From contig NW_027361840.1 in assembly GCF_039654945.1 (NCBI RefSeq), forward strand, positions 8,494,001 through 8,558,000: a stretch of 64,000 nucleotides of DNA. The letters are read 5' to 3'. Each line of letters starts with the position of its first letter. Position 1 is the first letter of the stretch. This DNA comes from Dendrobates tinctorius (lineage: Eukaryota). Made by a program: the position numbers and the translations under genes. The notes below the pieces were generated by a model. The model was not told where the DNA came from. It saw only the letters and a program-made list of their open reading frames with translations, and did not search any database. Positions 63,349 through 64,000 of the stretch are shown one piece after another.

Positions 63349-63555
63349 TTAAAGGGATTGTGTCAGCAGGTTTTTGCTATGTAATCTGAGAGCAGCATGA
63401 TGTAGGGGAAGAGACCCCAATTCCAGCAATGTATCACTTACTGGGCTGTGTGTTGCTGTTTCAATATTATCAGTATTTTATCAGCAGGAGATTATCATGG
63501 CAGCACTAGGAGCCTCCTGCTCCAACCACAACCCCAGCACAGATTGACAGCTTTC
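63349..63555. mobile_element. Left part of a T2/Kolobok-type MITE
   Basis: TTAA|AGGGATTGTGTCAGCAG terminus typical of TTAA-targeting frog MITEs. Confidence 0.55.
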
Positions 63556-64000
63556 AGTGGTGTGGGCGGGGTTACACACAGGAAGGTGCCAATCAGTGGT
63601 GTGGGCGGGGTTATACACAGGAAGGTGCCAATCAGTGGTGTGGGCGGGGTTATTCACAGGAAGGTGCCAATCAGTGGTATGGGTGGGGTTATACACAGGA
63701 AGGTGCCAATCAGTGGTGTGGGCGGGGTTATACACAGGAAGGTGACAATCAGTGGTGTGGGGCAGGGTTATACAAAGGAAGGTGACAATCAGTGGTATGG
63801 GTGGGGTTATACACAGGAAGGTGCCAATCATTGGTGTGGGCGGGGTTATACACAGGAAGGTGCCAATCAGTGGTATGGGTGGGGTTACACACAGGAAGGT
63901 GCCAATCAGTGGTGTGGGCGGGGGTTATACACAGGAAGATGCCAATCAGTGGTATGGGTGGGGTTATACACAGGAAGGTGCCAATCAGTGGTGTGGGCGG
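63556..64000. repeat. 39-bp tandem repeat running off the window edge
   Basis: Unit GTGGTGTGGGCGGGGTTATACACAGGAAGGTGCCAATCA. Confidence 0.95.

Overview
This is repeat-saturated eukaryotic genomic DNA; the TE and satellite types suggest an anuran amphibian (inference). No prokaryotic genes, CRISPR arrays, rRNA or tRNA genes are evident. Mobile elements: an internally inverted Penelope-like element with a hammerhead-like motif, two Tf1/sushi-type chromoviral Gypsy elements (one has an intact Pol but no Gag; both have self-complementary priming sites instead of a tRNA PBS), a 5'-truncated CR1 LINE, a degenerate Tc1, an intact DD36E Tc1-type transposon, a non-autonomous Helitron, a near-complete DIRS element, nested solo LTRs and several MITEs. 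About a dozen tandem arrays (17-66 bp units) account for most of the long Cys/Ser/His-rich ORFs in the track, which are artefacts. One candidate spliced host gene of unrecognised family is threaded through the repeats on the + strand (exons at 28157-28276, 55066-55367/55371 and possibly 63195-63312). All coordinates and counts were made by eye.
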